Both the position numbers and the translations under genes were made by a program. From the NCBI GenBank assembly GCA_951406725.2, contig OX597828.1, positions 26,660,001 to 26,724,000 on the forward strand: 64,000 bases of DNA, in the 5' to 3' direction. Of this stretch, positions 43,531-54,856 are shown piece after piece (the first letter of the stretch is position 1; each line of letters begins with the position of its first letter). The notes below the pieces were generated by a model. That model worked only from the letters and a program-made list of their open reading frames with translations, had not been told where the DNA came from and ran no database searches. This DNA is from Octopus vulgaris. Taxonomy: Eukaryota.

Positions 43531-43925
43531 TACTCTTTTATTTGTTTCAGTCATTTGACTGCGGCCATGCTGGAGCACCGCCTTTAGTCGAGCAAATCGA
43601 CCCCGGGACTTATTCTTTGTAAGCCCAGTACTTATTCTATCGGTCTCTTTTTTGCCGAACCGCTAAGTGACGGAGACGTAAACACACCAGCATCGGTTGT
43701 CAAGCAATGCTAGGGGGACAAACAGACACACAAACACACACACATATATATATATATATACATATATACGACAGGCTTCTTTCAGTTTCCGTCTACCAAA
43801 TCCACTCACAAGGCATTGGTCGGCCCGGAGCTATAGCAGAAGTCTCTTGCCCAAGATGCCACGCAGTGGGACTGAACCCGGAACCATGTGGTTGGTTAGC
43901 AAGTTACTTACCACACAGCCACTCC
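43531..43925 (-). mobile_element. tRNA-derived SINE family A, full-length, CpG-rich (young)
   Basis: High similarity to the 29611 and 31067 copies; retains CpGs that they have lost. Confidence 0.92.
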
Positions 43926-45848
43926 GAGTCTGTCACATGTAATCCTTATTTATTTACATTGTCCTGATTCAATCCTGCATTATCTCATAGCTTTGAGGTT
44001 TCAGTGATGTGTTTGTATTAGAATGACATTGAGGGGTAAGTGTGAGAGGCTGGATCTGGTCAATTTGAACATAAAACAGGTCAAATATTTGGGGCTGGAT
44101 TATGGCCAGTTAAAATACTAAAGGGCTAATAGTTGATAAAAATAAGTTGTGAAAGAGAGAGATCTGTTTTAGTCCTTGGACTTGGGTCCCTGAGCAAGGT
44201 AGGTGGAGAAAATATCAAAGCCTGTTCCATATGTATATTTTTGTTTATGTTCTCTATCACCACTTGGCAACCGGTGTGTGTTTGTTTACATTCCCCCAAC
44301 TTAGCAATCCAGTAAAAGAGACTGCTGGATTAAATACCAGGTTTATAAATAGATACTGAGGCCAATTTGTTTGGCCTTCAAGGGGATGCCCCAGCATGGC
44401 CTCAGTCCAATGATTCTTTTTTGTCTTGGTGACCCTGTCAATGCAGGTGCCACTTGAAAGTACCCAGTCCACACTGTGGGGTGGTTGGTGTTTGGAAGGG
44501 CATCCAGCTGTAAAAATCCTGCCAAAACAGTTCCAGGAAGTCCGGTGCAGGCTCCTGCCTGGCCAGCTCTTGTCAAACCATCCCACCCATGCCAGCATGG
44601 AAGGAAGATGTTAAGTGATGATGGTGATATCTCATCATATGTTTGTGCAAAACCGATGCTTCATTCCATTACTGTTCAGTTTGTGTATGTATATACATTC
44701 TACACTTTGGGTGTAGAATGTAGAAAATCCCAAGTAGCAAAGGTGTGTATAATGTTTCACATCACCGTCGTCCTTTTTGTTTTCGTCTTTCTATATCTGG
44801 CTTCTCCATTGATTAAACTACTTTTTACTTTCTAATGGTTCCAACCATGGCTCTCTCTGCTGGGACATTTTTGCCTTCAAGAGTTTACTCAAATTACCCC
44901 CACCCCACCACGACTTTTAAGTATGGGACTTCTGTTGGTCTCTTTTGCCAAACTACTAAGTTGATGCAATATAAACAAACCAACACCGGTTGTCAGGCGG
45001 TATGGGGGGGGGGGGGGGCAAGTGCATACACACACACACACACAGGCTTCTACACAGTTTCTATCTATTGAATTCACTCACTGGGAGTTGGCTGGTCCAA
45101 GGCTGTAGTAAATGACCCTTGCCCAAGGTGTTGCACATTGGGACTGAACATGAAACGACATGGTTGTAAAGCAACCCTCTTAACCACTTATCTGCCTTTT
45201 TTTTTTTTTTTATTATTATTCTATTTCTAAGTGTATATCTGTCTGTATTTATATATGCATGTATAAAATTATTTATATTTATATAATGTGAGGTTAGATT
45301 GGACTTCTGCAGAAATAAATATTTTCCCTTTTTGTTTTACTAGCCAATTTATTGTTCCACCTTTTGACATAACTTGTTTTAAATTCCTTCTCTGCAAAAG
45401 ATGTTCAGTAGTGAGATTTTGAGTTGGTGTTGCTGGCACAGATACCTTCAAGATCAATTAAGGTGATAAAACACTAAATTATCTGACTTGTTTACTAGGT
45501 TTGGCTCGGCATCAAAACTGTGATTTTTCTCAAATAAATTTGATAACTGGATACTAATAAACTGCTCTAGTCATACTTAGTGGTTGGGCTTTTTAAGAAT
45601 TATAAATTATAATTTTCCTGGTTGTTTGTATGAGACATACATACACATACATGTACTAATGACTTAATGAGGAATGTGTGTTTGTATGTGTTCACACACA
45701 CAGTAGAACTTAGATGAATCTGTTCTGAAGAAGTCTGGTGCACATGACAGCATTCCAGTGACCTAGAATCATTATTTTCCTTTTGCTTTTTGCTGCCAAA
45801 GAAGATAGCGTGTGTTCCTTCACACAAATTTAGCTGATTTTGCTTTAA

Positions 45849-46453
45849 CCTTTTTGCATTCAGATTTTTCTGTCAAATGCTATGCTTATACATTCACAAA
45901 TCCAAATCCAAAATCGAAATCGATCAACATCAATGGAAATTGTAGCTGTGATACCAGTGCTGGTGGCACGTAAGAGAGCCATCCAAACGTGGCCGTTGCT
46001 AGCGCTGCCCCGACTGGCACGTAAAAAGCCCCATCCGATCGTGACCGTTGCCAGCCTCGCCTGGCCCTGGTGCTGGTGGTATGTAAAAAGCACCATCCGA
46101 TTGTGGCCATTGCCAGCCTCATGTGGCACGTAAAAAGCACCCACTACACTCATGGAGTGGTTGGCGTTAGGAAGGGCATCCAGCCGTAGAACCATTGCCA
46201 GATCAGACTGGGCCTGGTGCAGCCTTCTGGCTTCCCAGACCCCAGTTGAACCGTCCAACCCGTGCTAGCATGGAAAGCGGATGCTAAACAATTTTGATGA
46301 TGATGATGATGATTCACAATGTTTTGAATTAATCCTGTATTATCTCCTAGCTGTGAGATTTTAATATAATCTATAGATAGGTATGGAAATCTGTATCTGA
46401 GCAGTTTGAACATGAAACCTGCAGAATATTTTGGCCAGGTAAATGCTAAATGG
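45849..46453. mobile_element. piggyBac-like MITE (P1) interrupted by a family R retrocopy
   Basis: TTAA|CCTTTTTGCATT ... AATGCTAAATGG|TTAA termini around a 412-bp insertion. Confidence 0.7.
45900..46311 (+). mobile_element. RTE-tail repeat (family R) with internal tandem subrepeats and 8-bp TSD
   Basis: TSD ATTCACAA at 45892-45899 and 46312-46319; four ggcacgtaaaaagcacc-type units; (GAT)n tail. Confidence 0.88.
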
Positions 46454-47919
46454 TTAAAATTCTTATTGAATTGACTCTCCCATTCTTCCTAAATAATATT
46501 CAAATTGAATTTCTGTTGTGGCTACCGATTCCATTTCATAATAACGGTTACTAATAAAGGCACATGGCTGGCAAATTTTGATGGCAAGAAATTTGTAAAT
46601 GATATTAATCAACCCAAGTACTGGTGGAAGAGAAAGTTGGTTTTGGTAGGATTTGAACTCAGAGCATAAAGTGCCAGAACAAATAGTACGAAACATCTTA
46701 TCTAATGCTCTGACAATTAATAATTCTTTCCACTTTAGGCACAAAGCCTGAAATTTAGGTGGAGTGTCCTTTCATATCCTTTTGCCGTTAATGAAATAAG
46801 TACCTTTTGAGCACCAAGGTCATACCTGATCTTGATGCAATTTGAACTCAGAACATAAAACCAGAAATGCCACTGAGCATTTTGTCTGGCATAGTAATGA
46901 TTCTGTCATCTCACTGCCTTTCTAACAATAATAATGGTTTCCATGTCTTTAATAATAAACAAAGTTAAGATTAATCCTACACCATATTTGCAACTTAGAG
47001 CAAGCAATATACTCTCTGTACATAGCATCGGTTTACAGGTGGATGGGCTGAGCTGATAATCTCCCTTTTGCTGGATGGATACCTGTGTTTAAGCTAGCCA
47101 TCACCCTGCCATTATATTCAGAAAACAATAGAATCCCTTGAACTATAACTTGTTTTTATTTCCTAGAATCTATGGTTCTGGACCTAAAACCTTGGGCTTT
47201 GACAAACATCCTAACCACACTACCATGCTGTTGTCTATAATTCGCCTTAACTTTGGAAACTTGGAAGGAAACCAAATGAAATAATTAAAAGTAAAGAAAT
47301 GATCTTCATATTTAAACACAGGTTCGTGTTCATCATCATCGTTTAACATCAGTTTTCCATGCTAGCATGGGTTGGACAGTTCGACCGGGATCTGGGAAGC
47401 CAGAAGGCTGCACCAGGCTCCAGTCTGATCTGGCAGTGTTTCTACAGCTGGATGCCCTTCCTAACGCTGTTCTTAACAAGAATGATCATCATTGTCTTAA
47501 TGTCCTCTTTTCATGCTTGGGTCAGACGGAATTTGAGGCGAACTTTCTAAGGCTGGATGCCCTTCCTGTCACCAACTCTCGCTTGTTTCCAAATAAGTTT
47601 AATATTTCCCCATGGCCAGACATGATTTTTGCTGAATATCAAAGGAATGATGTTGTTTGGGAAGATAGTGATACTCATTTATGAATATCACAGGATGCCA
47701 AGATGCAGAGACACACATGCGTGCATGTGTAAATGCGTGCACACACACACAGGTTTCTTTCAATTTCTGTCTACCAAATTCACGCAACAACACTAGTTAG
47801 CTTGGAGTTTTTGTAAAAGGAACTTGCCTAAGGTGAAAGCATATGTTTGTGAAGCACACTTTTCAACAGTGTAACCCCATACCTGCACCCTGATACCAAC
47901 CAGGTTTTGCTTTCAAACA

Positions 47920-48019
47920 NNNNNNNNNNNNNNNNNNNNNNNNNNNNNNNNNNNNNNNNNNNNNNNNNNNNNNNNNNNNNNNNNNNNNNNNNNNNNNNNN
48001 NNNNNNNNNNNNNNNNNNN
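47920..48019. other. Assembly gap (100 N)
   Basis: Run of exactly 100 N, probably a gap of unknown size. Confidence 0.99.
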
Positions 48020-48329
48020 CACCTCCATATTTCTCCTATTTTGTCTGCTAATAATGGTCCATTTGATTCTGAAGACTTGGGGGGCTTTTGCATGAATTTC
48101 TCAAACAGCTCTTTTATAACTAAATGATGTCATTTCTTTATGCCCGTCTCTTAAAGAGTGAATGGGAGTAGTGTATAGGAGGGTGGTGCTAAAACATGGA
48201 ATGCTTCTGGCTGATAGGCACCAGATAACTTTTTGAGGACTCAGTCTGAGTCTGAATAGTTGAGTTAAATACTTATTCATAAGAATAAGTTGAAAGTAAA
48301 ATATGTAAAAACAATTCTATATTATTATT

Positions 48330-49390
48330 ATTAAGGTGGGTAGCTGGTAGAATTGCGCTGGGTGAAATGCTTAGAGGTATTTCATCTGTGTGAATGTTCT
48401 GAGTTCATATTCCATCAAGGTCGACTTTGCCTTTCATCCTTTTGGGGTCAATAAAGTACCAGTGAAACTCTGGGATCGATGTAATCGACTAGTCCCCTCC
48501 CCTAAATTTTTGAGTTTTGTACCTTTAGTAGAAAGGATTATTATTATTAAGGTAATAAGCTGGCAGAATTCTCAGCACACCAAACAAGATGCTTAGCATT
48601 TTTTATGTTGTGAATGATTCTGCCAGCTTGTCATCTTAGCAATAATGATAATAATGGTTTCATTTATTTTGGCACAAGGCCAGCAATTTCAGGGGAGGGG
48701 GCTAGTGGATTACATTGACTCCCAGTACACAACTGGTACTTATTTTATCAACCCCGAAAGGATGAAAGGCAATGTCAACCTTGGTTGGTATTTGAACTCA
48801 ACATAAAAACGGATGAAATACTGCTTAGCATTTTCCCTGGTGGTGGTGGGGGCTAATAATTCTGTCAGTTCACCACCATAACAATAATGATGATGGTTTG
48901 AAATTTTGGCACAAAGGCCAGCAATTTTAAGGGAAGGGGCTGGTCAATTATGTCCAACCCCAGTACTTTGCTGCTACTTTATTTTACTGACCCTGAAAGA
49001 ATGAAAAGACAAATTTGACCTCAACTGAATTTGAACCCAGAAGATAAAAAGCCAGAATAAATGTATTTGATGTTTTAAGGATTCTTGCCAGCTCACTGCT
49101 ATTGCATTGTCTCACATTTTGGCATAAAGCCAGGAATTTTAATGGGAAGGGCTCACTCAAGTGGTCATTTGCATCAATCTCAGTTCTTGATTGGTATTTT
49201 GTTATCAACCTTCAATGTTTGACTGAGATTCGTTTTACTAACCCCCGAAAGAATGAAAGACAGCTGACCTGAATTGAATTTGAACTCAAAATGTACTGAA
49301 TTTTACCTTCTTTGCCCTCTCCTTCACCTCTAAGAATGAAAGACAAAATCAGCCCAAGGAAACTGAACTCCAAACGTAAAGGGTAATAAT
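48330..49390. mobile_element. Cluster of decayed family C SINEs, first +, then several - copies
   Basis: Recurrent gaaaggatgaaaggcaaagtcaacc...atttgaactc cores separated by (ATT)/(AAT)/(GAT) runs. Confidence 0.75.
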
Positions 49391-49524
49391 TGATATTAAT
49401 AATTTAAGTTTGATTTGGAACAAGATAGCTTCATAGTAAATACTACCATATTTTCTGGCAGACCAATTGCCAAAGTTGTGTAAGCATTTATCCATCATCA
49501 GAATCTTTCCAAATCCTGTTGCAT

Positions 49525-49895
49525 TTTCTTTTTACTTGGTTCAGGCTTTATAGAGTGTGGCCATGCTGGGGCACCACCTCGAAGAATTTTAATTCCTGTT
49601 TTTTATTCTTTTTCTTTGAAGCCTGGTACTTGTTTTATTGGTTTCTTTTTTACCAAACTACTAAATTACTGGGATATAAACGCATCAATACTAGTTGCAA
49701 CCAGTGGTGGGGAACAAACACACTCAAAGACACATACACAATACGGGCTTCTTTTAGTTTTTATCTACCAAATCCACTCACAAGTCTTTGGTCAAGGCTA
49801 TAGTAGAAGACACTTGTCCAAAGTGCCATGCAGTGGAACTGAACCTGGAACCATGTGATTGAAAAGCAAACTTTTTACCACTCGCTATGTCTGCT
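49525..49895 (-). mobile_element. SINE family A, old diverged copy
   Basis: ggccatgctggggcaccacc...caaatccactcacaag...agacacttgtccaaagtgccatgcagtgg; other decayed copies at about 34457-34722, 44920-45190, 59595-59940 and 63095-63280. Confidence 0.8.
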
Positions 49896-50114
49896 CTTAA
49901 AATTTTGCATACTCCAAAGAAGTCTTGGTGTCTAAGTCAACCTACTACTTTTTACTGTAAAGTTTCTCTGAAAATCCTTAATATTTCCATGTAAGAATAT
50001 TTAAAAATTACTTTTGAAACACCCCACTTTTGCTTTCTCTCTCTCAATCACAGAACATAAGTATCTGTGTTTGTATGTGTTTTTTTTTTTTTTTTTTTTT
50101 TCTTCTCTTCACAG

Positions 50115-50199
50115 GAATTACCGAAAACTACACATGTTGATCTTCATCCTTCATGTTTGCATTTCGCTTCTGCTGTCTGCTGCTCTGTCGCAGCTCATG
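50115..50199 (+). CDS. Candidate coding exon encoding a signal-peptide-like segment ((R)NYRKLHMLIFILHVCISLLLSAALSQLM)
   Basis: Very strong acceptor (long T tract then cttctcttcacag); basic, hydrophobic, small-residue pattern; possible weak donor ATG|gtttgg at 50199/50200; phase-compatible with 16848-16906. Confidence 0.45.
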
Positions 50200-50729
50200 G
50201 TTTGGATTTTTTATCATTGGTCATGGTGTTACGATTATGATATCGATTGAGTCCTTTATGCTGAAAGTTGACAGATGACAGCCAATCTTTAAACAACATT
50301 CACTGATCATAACTCTAGCTGGTGTCATTTCCATTACAGATATTACCATCACATTTCTCTTGACTTCTTTACTGACAGCTTCTTACTGTGTAACAGAATA
50401 AAGCAGCAGCTCAGTACCACATTTTTTTTGTTTTCTTTTTGTTTTTGCATCTCTTTATCTCTGTGATCTGTGGAAGAAGCTTATAATATCTAACAAGCCA
50501 ATACATGATATGCTACCTGCATAGTGACATAAGGATTTTCTTTTTATTATTTCCACAAGGCCCGTTCTTATATCTTTATTTATGTGTGTAAGTGTGTGTG
50601 TGTGTGTGTTATGAATTAAAATATAGCCTCACCTTCACTAGATTGACAAAGTCCTTCTCAAAGTCTTTGAATAAAAGAACTTGGAATCTGTTTTTTGATT
50701 GTTGCTATTTCTTTTTATTATATATCATA

Positions 50730-50792
50730 TAATATATATATATATATATGTGTGCGTGTGTGTGTGTGTATATATATGTGTGTGTGTGTGTG

Positions 50793-50856
<64 letters not shown>

Positions 50857-51044
50857 TGTGTGTGTGTGTATATATGTGTGTGTGTGTGTATATATGTGTG
50901 TGTATGTATATATATGTGTGTGTGTGTATATGTGTGTGTGTGTATATATATGTGTGTGTATATATATGTGTGTGTGTGTATATATGTGTGTGTGTGTATG
51001 TATATATATGTGTGTGTGTGTGTATATATATGTGTGTGTGTGTG

Positions 51045-51089
<45 letters not shown>

Positions 51090-51105
51090 TGGTGTGTGTG
51101 TATGT
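50730..51105. repeat. Compound (TG)n(TA)n microsatellite
   Basis: Direct reading. Confidence 0.95.
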
Positions 51106-51387
51106 GTATTTTTTTCTTTTAAGTATCTAGGTAAAATAAATATAATTTTTAAAAAAATGTTTTTGTAAATAAATCTTTTTCAAAATATTTGACTAAAGTA
51201 GCTTGGAGTTTACTAATGCTTTGTAAATATCAAAACCAAAGAATTGGTACGGAATATAAGTATGCGCAAGGTCTTCAGAAAAAGGAAAACAACAACAATA
51301 TAGCAAGAAAGATTGCTTAATGGTCTCATTTAAAATATGTAAATGATAGATTATTGCTCAGTGTGTGCATGTGTGTTGCTATTCTGG

Positions 51388-51420
<33 letters not shown>

Positions 51421-51421
<1 letters not shown>

Positions 51422-51775
51422 TCATTGGACACAGTGCGAGATGACTGGTGTTATCGCTAGGCCTAACTCATCGTTAAGTCAATACCACCATGACCGATAT
51501 CCAATCTACAGTGGAGAAGGCTAGCCACTGGATTTGGTTAAAAAGGGACGATGAGCGATGGCTAGAAGAATATTGAGCTTTATTTGATAACCAGCTGATC
51601 TAGCAAGCGGGGCCTCATATCAGTGAGGGGTGGGGTGCCGGTGCGCATTGATGCCGTCGAGAGGTAGGCCCCGAAACGGCATGCATTCTCTCCTGATGAC
51701 CCCATACACTTGCTGGCCTCCGGTATGCAGAGTTTTTGACTGGTAGCACTTGCTTGTGCAAGTTGTTTGCAAGAC
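51421..51775 (+). mobile_element. 5'-truncated HERO-like (RLE-type) non-LTR retrotransposon 3' end inserted in (ATT)n
   Basis: Frame 51421-51576 FIGHSAR*LVLSLGLTHR*VNTTMTDIQSTVEKASHWIWLKRDDERWLEEY* fits the HERO C-terminal F.G.S...L..LG...EKAS.W.W.KR...W pattern; (ATT)n on both flanks (51388-51419, 51776-51785); ~200-nt GC-rich 3' UTR. Confidence 0.75.
51609..51699 (+). ncRNA. Candidate rearranged hammerhead-like ribozyme, copy 1
   Basis: GGGGCCT(51609-15)/AGGCCCC(51666-72) next to GAAA(51673-76); ATGCCGT(51651-57)/ACGGCAT(51676-82); C51658 site; GAGAGG(51659-64)/TCTCTC(51687-92); CTGATGA(51693-99). Confidence 0.6.
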
Positions 51776-51789
51776 ATTATTATTAATAG

Positions 51790-52606
51790 TTTCAACTTTG
51801 GGTACAGGTCCAGCAATTTTAGGAGTTGGGTAAGTGAAGTACATCAGCCCCAGTACTCAACTGGTACTTGATCAGCTCCCAAAAGGATGAAAGGCAAAGT
51901 CAACATGAATGGCATTTAAATAATAATAATAATAATTTCAAATTTGAGCCACAAGAGCAGCTTGGGGTCAGTGGGAAGGAGCTGATTACATTGGACCCCC
52001 CCCACCAATGTTCAACTGGTACCTATTTTATCAATCCCAAAAGGATGAAAGGCAAAGTCAACCATGGCAGAATTTGAACTTGGGACCTACTGAATTTGAA
52101 TGAAACTGCTTAGCATTTTGTCCGACTCTATGGTGATTCTGTCGGCTTGTCATCTTTAATTGGTTCAAATTTCAGCAGAAGCTCTGCAATTTTCAAGGTA
52201 GGTGGAGGTTAGTTGATTACATCAACCCTAGCGTACAACTGGTTCACCTTTCCTCAACCCTGAAAGAATGAAGGACAAACTTGTTTCAGCGGGTTTTGAA
52301 CTCGGAACATAAAGATCTGGAAGTAAGCCTTGCTAAGCATTTTGTCCAACATTCCTACGAGTCTACCACCTTAATAATAATAATAATAATAATAATAATC
52401 CTTTCTACTGTCACACAAAGATTGAAATTTTGTGGAGAGGAGGTAAGTCAATTGCACCAAGCTCAGCACTCAACTGCTTGGTATTTCACTGACCTTAAAA
52501 GGATGAAAGGCAAAGTTGATCTTGGCAGAATTTCAATTCGGATGATAAAATTGGATGAAATGCCGCTGAGCATTTTGTACTCTATGCTAACAATTCTGCC
52601 AGCTTG
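51790..52606 (-). mobile_element. Head-to-tail array of about four decayed family C SINEs
   Basis: Core aaggatgaaaggcaaagtcaac recurs near 51883, 52041, 52265 and 52499, with (AAT)n spacers. Confidence 0.78.
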
Positions 52607-52805
52607 CCATCATCATCATCATCGTTTAGCATCCGCTTTCCATGCTGGCATGGGTTGGACAGTGCAACTGGGGTCTGGGAAGCCAGAAGGCTGCACCAGG
52701 CCCAGTCTGATCTGGCAATGTTTCTACGGCTGGATGCCCTTCCTAACGCCAACCACTCCATGAGTGTAGTGGGTGTTTTTTACGTGCCACCAGCACAGGT
52801 GCCAT
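52607..52805 (-). mobile_element. RTE-tail repeat (family R), young copy
   Basis: Nearly identical to 63660-63853 and 46120-46311 in reverse. Confidence 0.88.
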
Positions 52806-53256
52806 ACGATAAGAATAAGAATATGGGGTTTATACTGAAAGTAATGCAAAAGTACGCATAATTTATTCTCTATTAAATGTCATGGGTCTTCTGTATAGAT
52901 ATTTGTATGTGATAAGCAAAGAATAAAAGGTATGCACCTTCCCGCAATGCCATGCTGGGGGTAACCAAACACTAAACCATACCCATAACCTCATATCTTT
53001 CCTTGTCGGTTATTTTATGTTTTTTATTTTTTTTTAGAGGGAAATTGGCAGAGAAGCTAGAGTGTAGTTTATGAGAGGTATTTGCCAGATAATCATCATC
53101 ATCATCATCATGGAACTATGTTCCATGCTGACATGAGTTTGATGGTTCGTCTGAATCGGATGGCTCCAAGAACTGCATTGAGTTCTAGTTTATACTTTGC
53201 ATTGGTTTCTATGGCTGGATGCCTTTCCTAACACCAACCACTTAACATATAGTGAA

Positions 53257-54085
53257 CTCTCTCTCTCTTTACTCTTTTACTTGTTTCAGTCATTTTAACT
53301 GCGGCCATGCTGGAGCACCGCCTTTAATCGAGCAATTTGGCCCCGGGATTTATTCTTTGTAAGCCTAGTACTTATTCTATCGGTCTCTTTTGCCGAACCG
53401 CTAAGTGACGGCGACATAAACACACCAGCATCGGTTATCAAGCAATGCAAGGGGGACAAACACAGACACACAAACATACACGCACATATATATATATATA
53501 TGGCCACAGCTCGTGAGCTGAAACTAGATAAAATAAAATAAAAAATAAAATAAAATATGTAAAAGTAAAAAAATACACAAACTGGGACAAGAACGTGAAA
53601 CATTTAGAAGACAACACAAAAAACACGGACGGGACTTTCCAAAGCTCTCGGTCATCAGTCAAGAACCGGATCATCTTCGCAATTTCGGCTGATTAATCTT
53701 GAGATTGCTCCGATCTGGGCAGCCCCCAAGGGAAATCTAAGCCAAGCGCATTAGATTCCTTGGAAGAAAGCCTCGAAAGTATACAACACAGGGACGGAAA
53801 ACGGACGATGTTACACGAATAAAAATACAAAAATACGTAAAAACAATAATGATAGCATGAATAAGAATACAAAATACGTAAAAACAATAACAAAACCAGG
53901 ACGTCAGGACAAGCGTCTTTTCGACAGGACGAGTTAAGTTTCAGTTTTCGTCTACCAAATCCACTCACAAGTCTTTGGTTGGCCCAAGGCTATAGTAGAA
54001 GACACTTGCCCAAGGTGCCATGCAGTGGGACTGAACGGAACCATGTGGTTGGTAAACAAGCTACTTACAACACAGCCACTCCTGA
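53257..54085 (-). mobile_element. SINE family A split by a ~440-bp insertion (53501-53938)
   Basis: 3' half at 53257-53500 ends in the internal (TA)n; 5' half resumes at about 53939 (ttcagttttcgtctaccaaatcc) and ends cacagccactcctg. Confidence 0.85.
53652..53724 (-). ncRNA. Candidate rearranged hammerhead-like ribozyme, copy 2
   Basis: Minus strand GGCTG-cccagatcgga-GCAA-T-C-TCAAGA-ttaat-CAGCC-GAAA-TTGC-gaagatgatccggt-TCTTGA-CTGATGA; all three helices Watson-Crick paired. Confidence 0.62.
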
Positions 54086-54808
54086 ACTGGGTACTTTTTT
54101 GTGCCACTTTCACTTGTGAGGTTGTCATGTAACTCACAAGACTCTGAAACTCAGTGAGTGGGGAGTTGGTTTTATGTTGGGGGATGGATGGTTAGAATAG
54201 GATGAGAAAAGGTGCTGAACAGGCTCTTGTGGTAGAGGACCTACATAGTTACTCAAATTTAGAAGAGAGAGAGAGAGAGAGCAAGAGTAATCAGTCGAAA
54301 ATATTGAGTGAGACAAACTCCTTTGTTGGTTCACTTATGATGATTGTGATGGTGTTGGTTGAATGACTCGAAAGTCTAGTTTTAACCCCTGAATTGTTTT
54401 GGTTTTTATTTTGGTAAATAAAATTGATAGCCAAGGAGAAAAAAAAGCCAATCAAAATAACACCTACACACACATAAGTATTAATATAAGATATCAAGAA
54501 GAAAAAAAACACTACAAAATGAATAAATAAAATGAATAAATGAATTTGTAAAGAAGAGGTTGTTTCTTTTGGGGTTTTTTTGGTGTTTTTTTTTCATATG
54601 AAAGAAATTTCTGCAGATTATCCAAATGAAATATGTGTAAATGACATGTATGCAGAGAAAAATTCGTTTCTTAGGAAACGGTTGTCTTTTTTTGTTTTGT
54701 ATTTTTGGTTCTCAACCTTCCCCCATCTCTGGACTTGTTAGCAACTATTTAACCTCACCTGTTACCACCATGTCAACACACACACACATAGATGTGTTTA
54801 TGTATACA

Positions 54809-54856
<48 letters not shown>

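Noticed and set aside
45955-46145. Regularly spaced ggcacgtaaaaagcacc repeats resembling a CRISPR array
   Set aside because: The spacers are similar to each other, the array lies inside a eukaryotic retro-repeat, and there are no cas genes.
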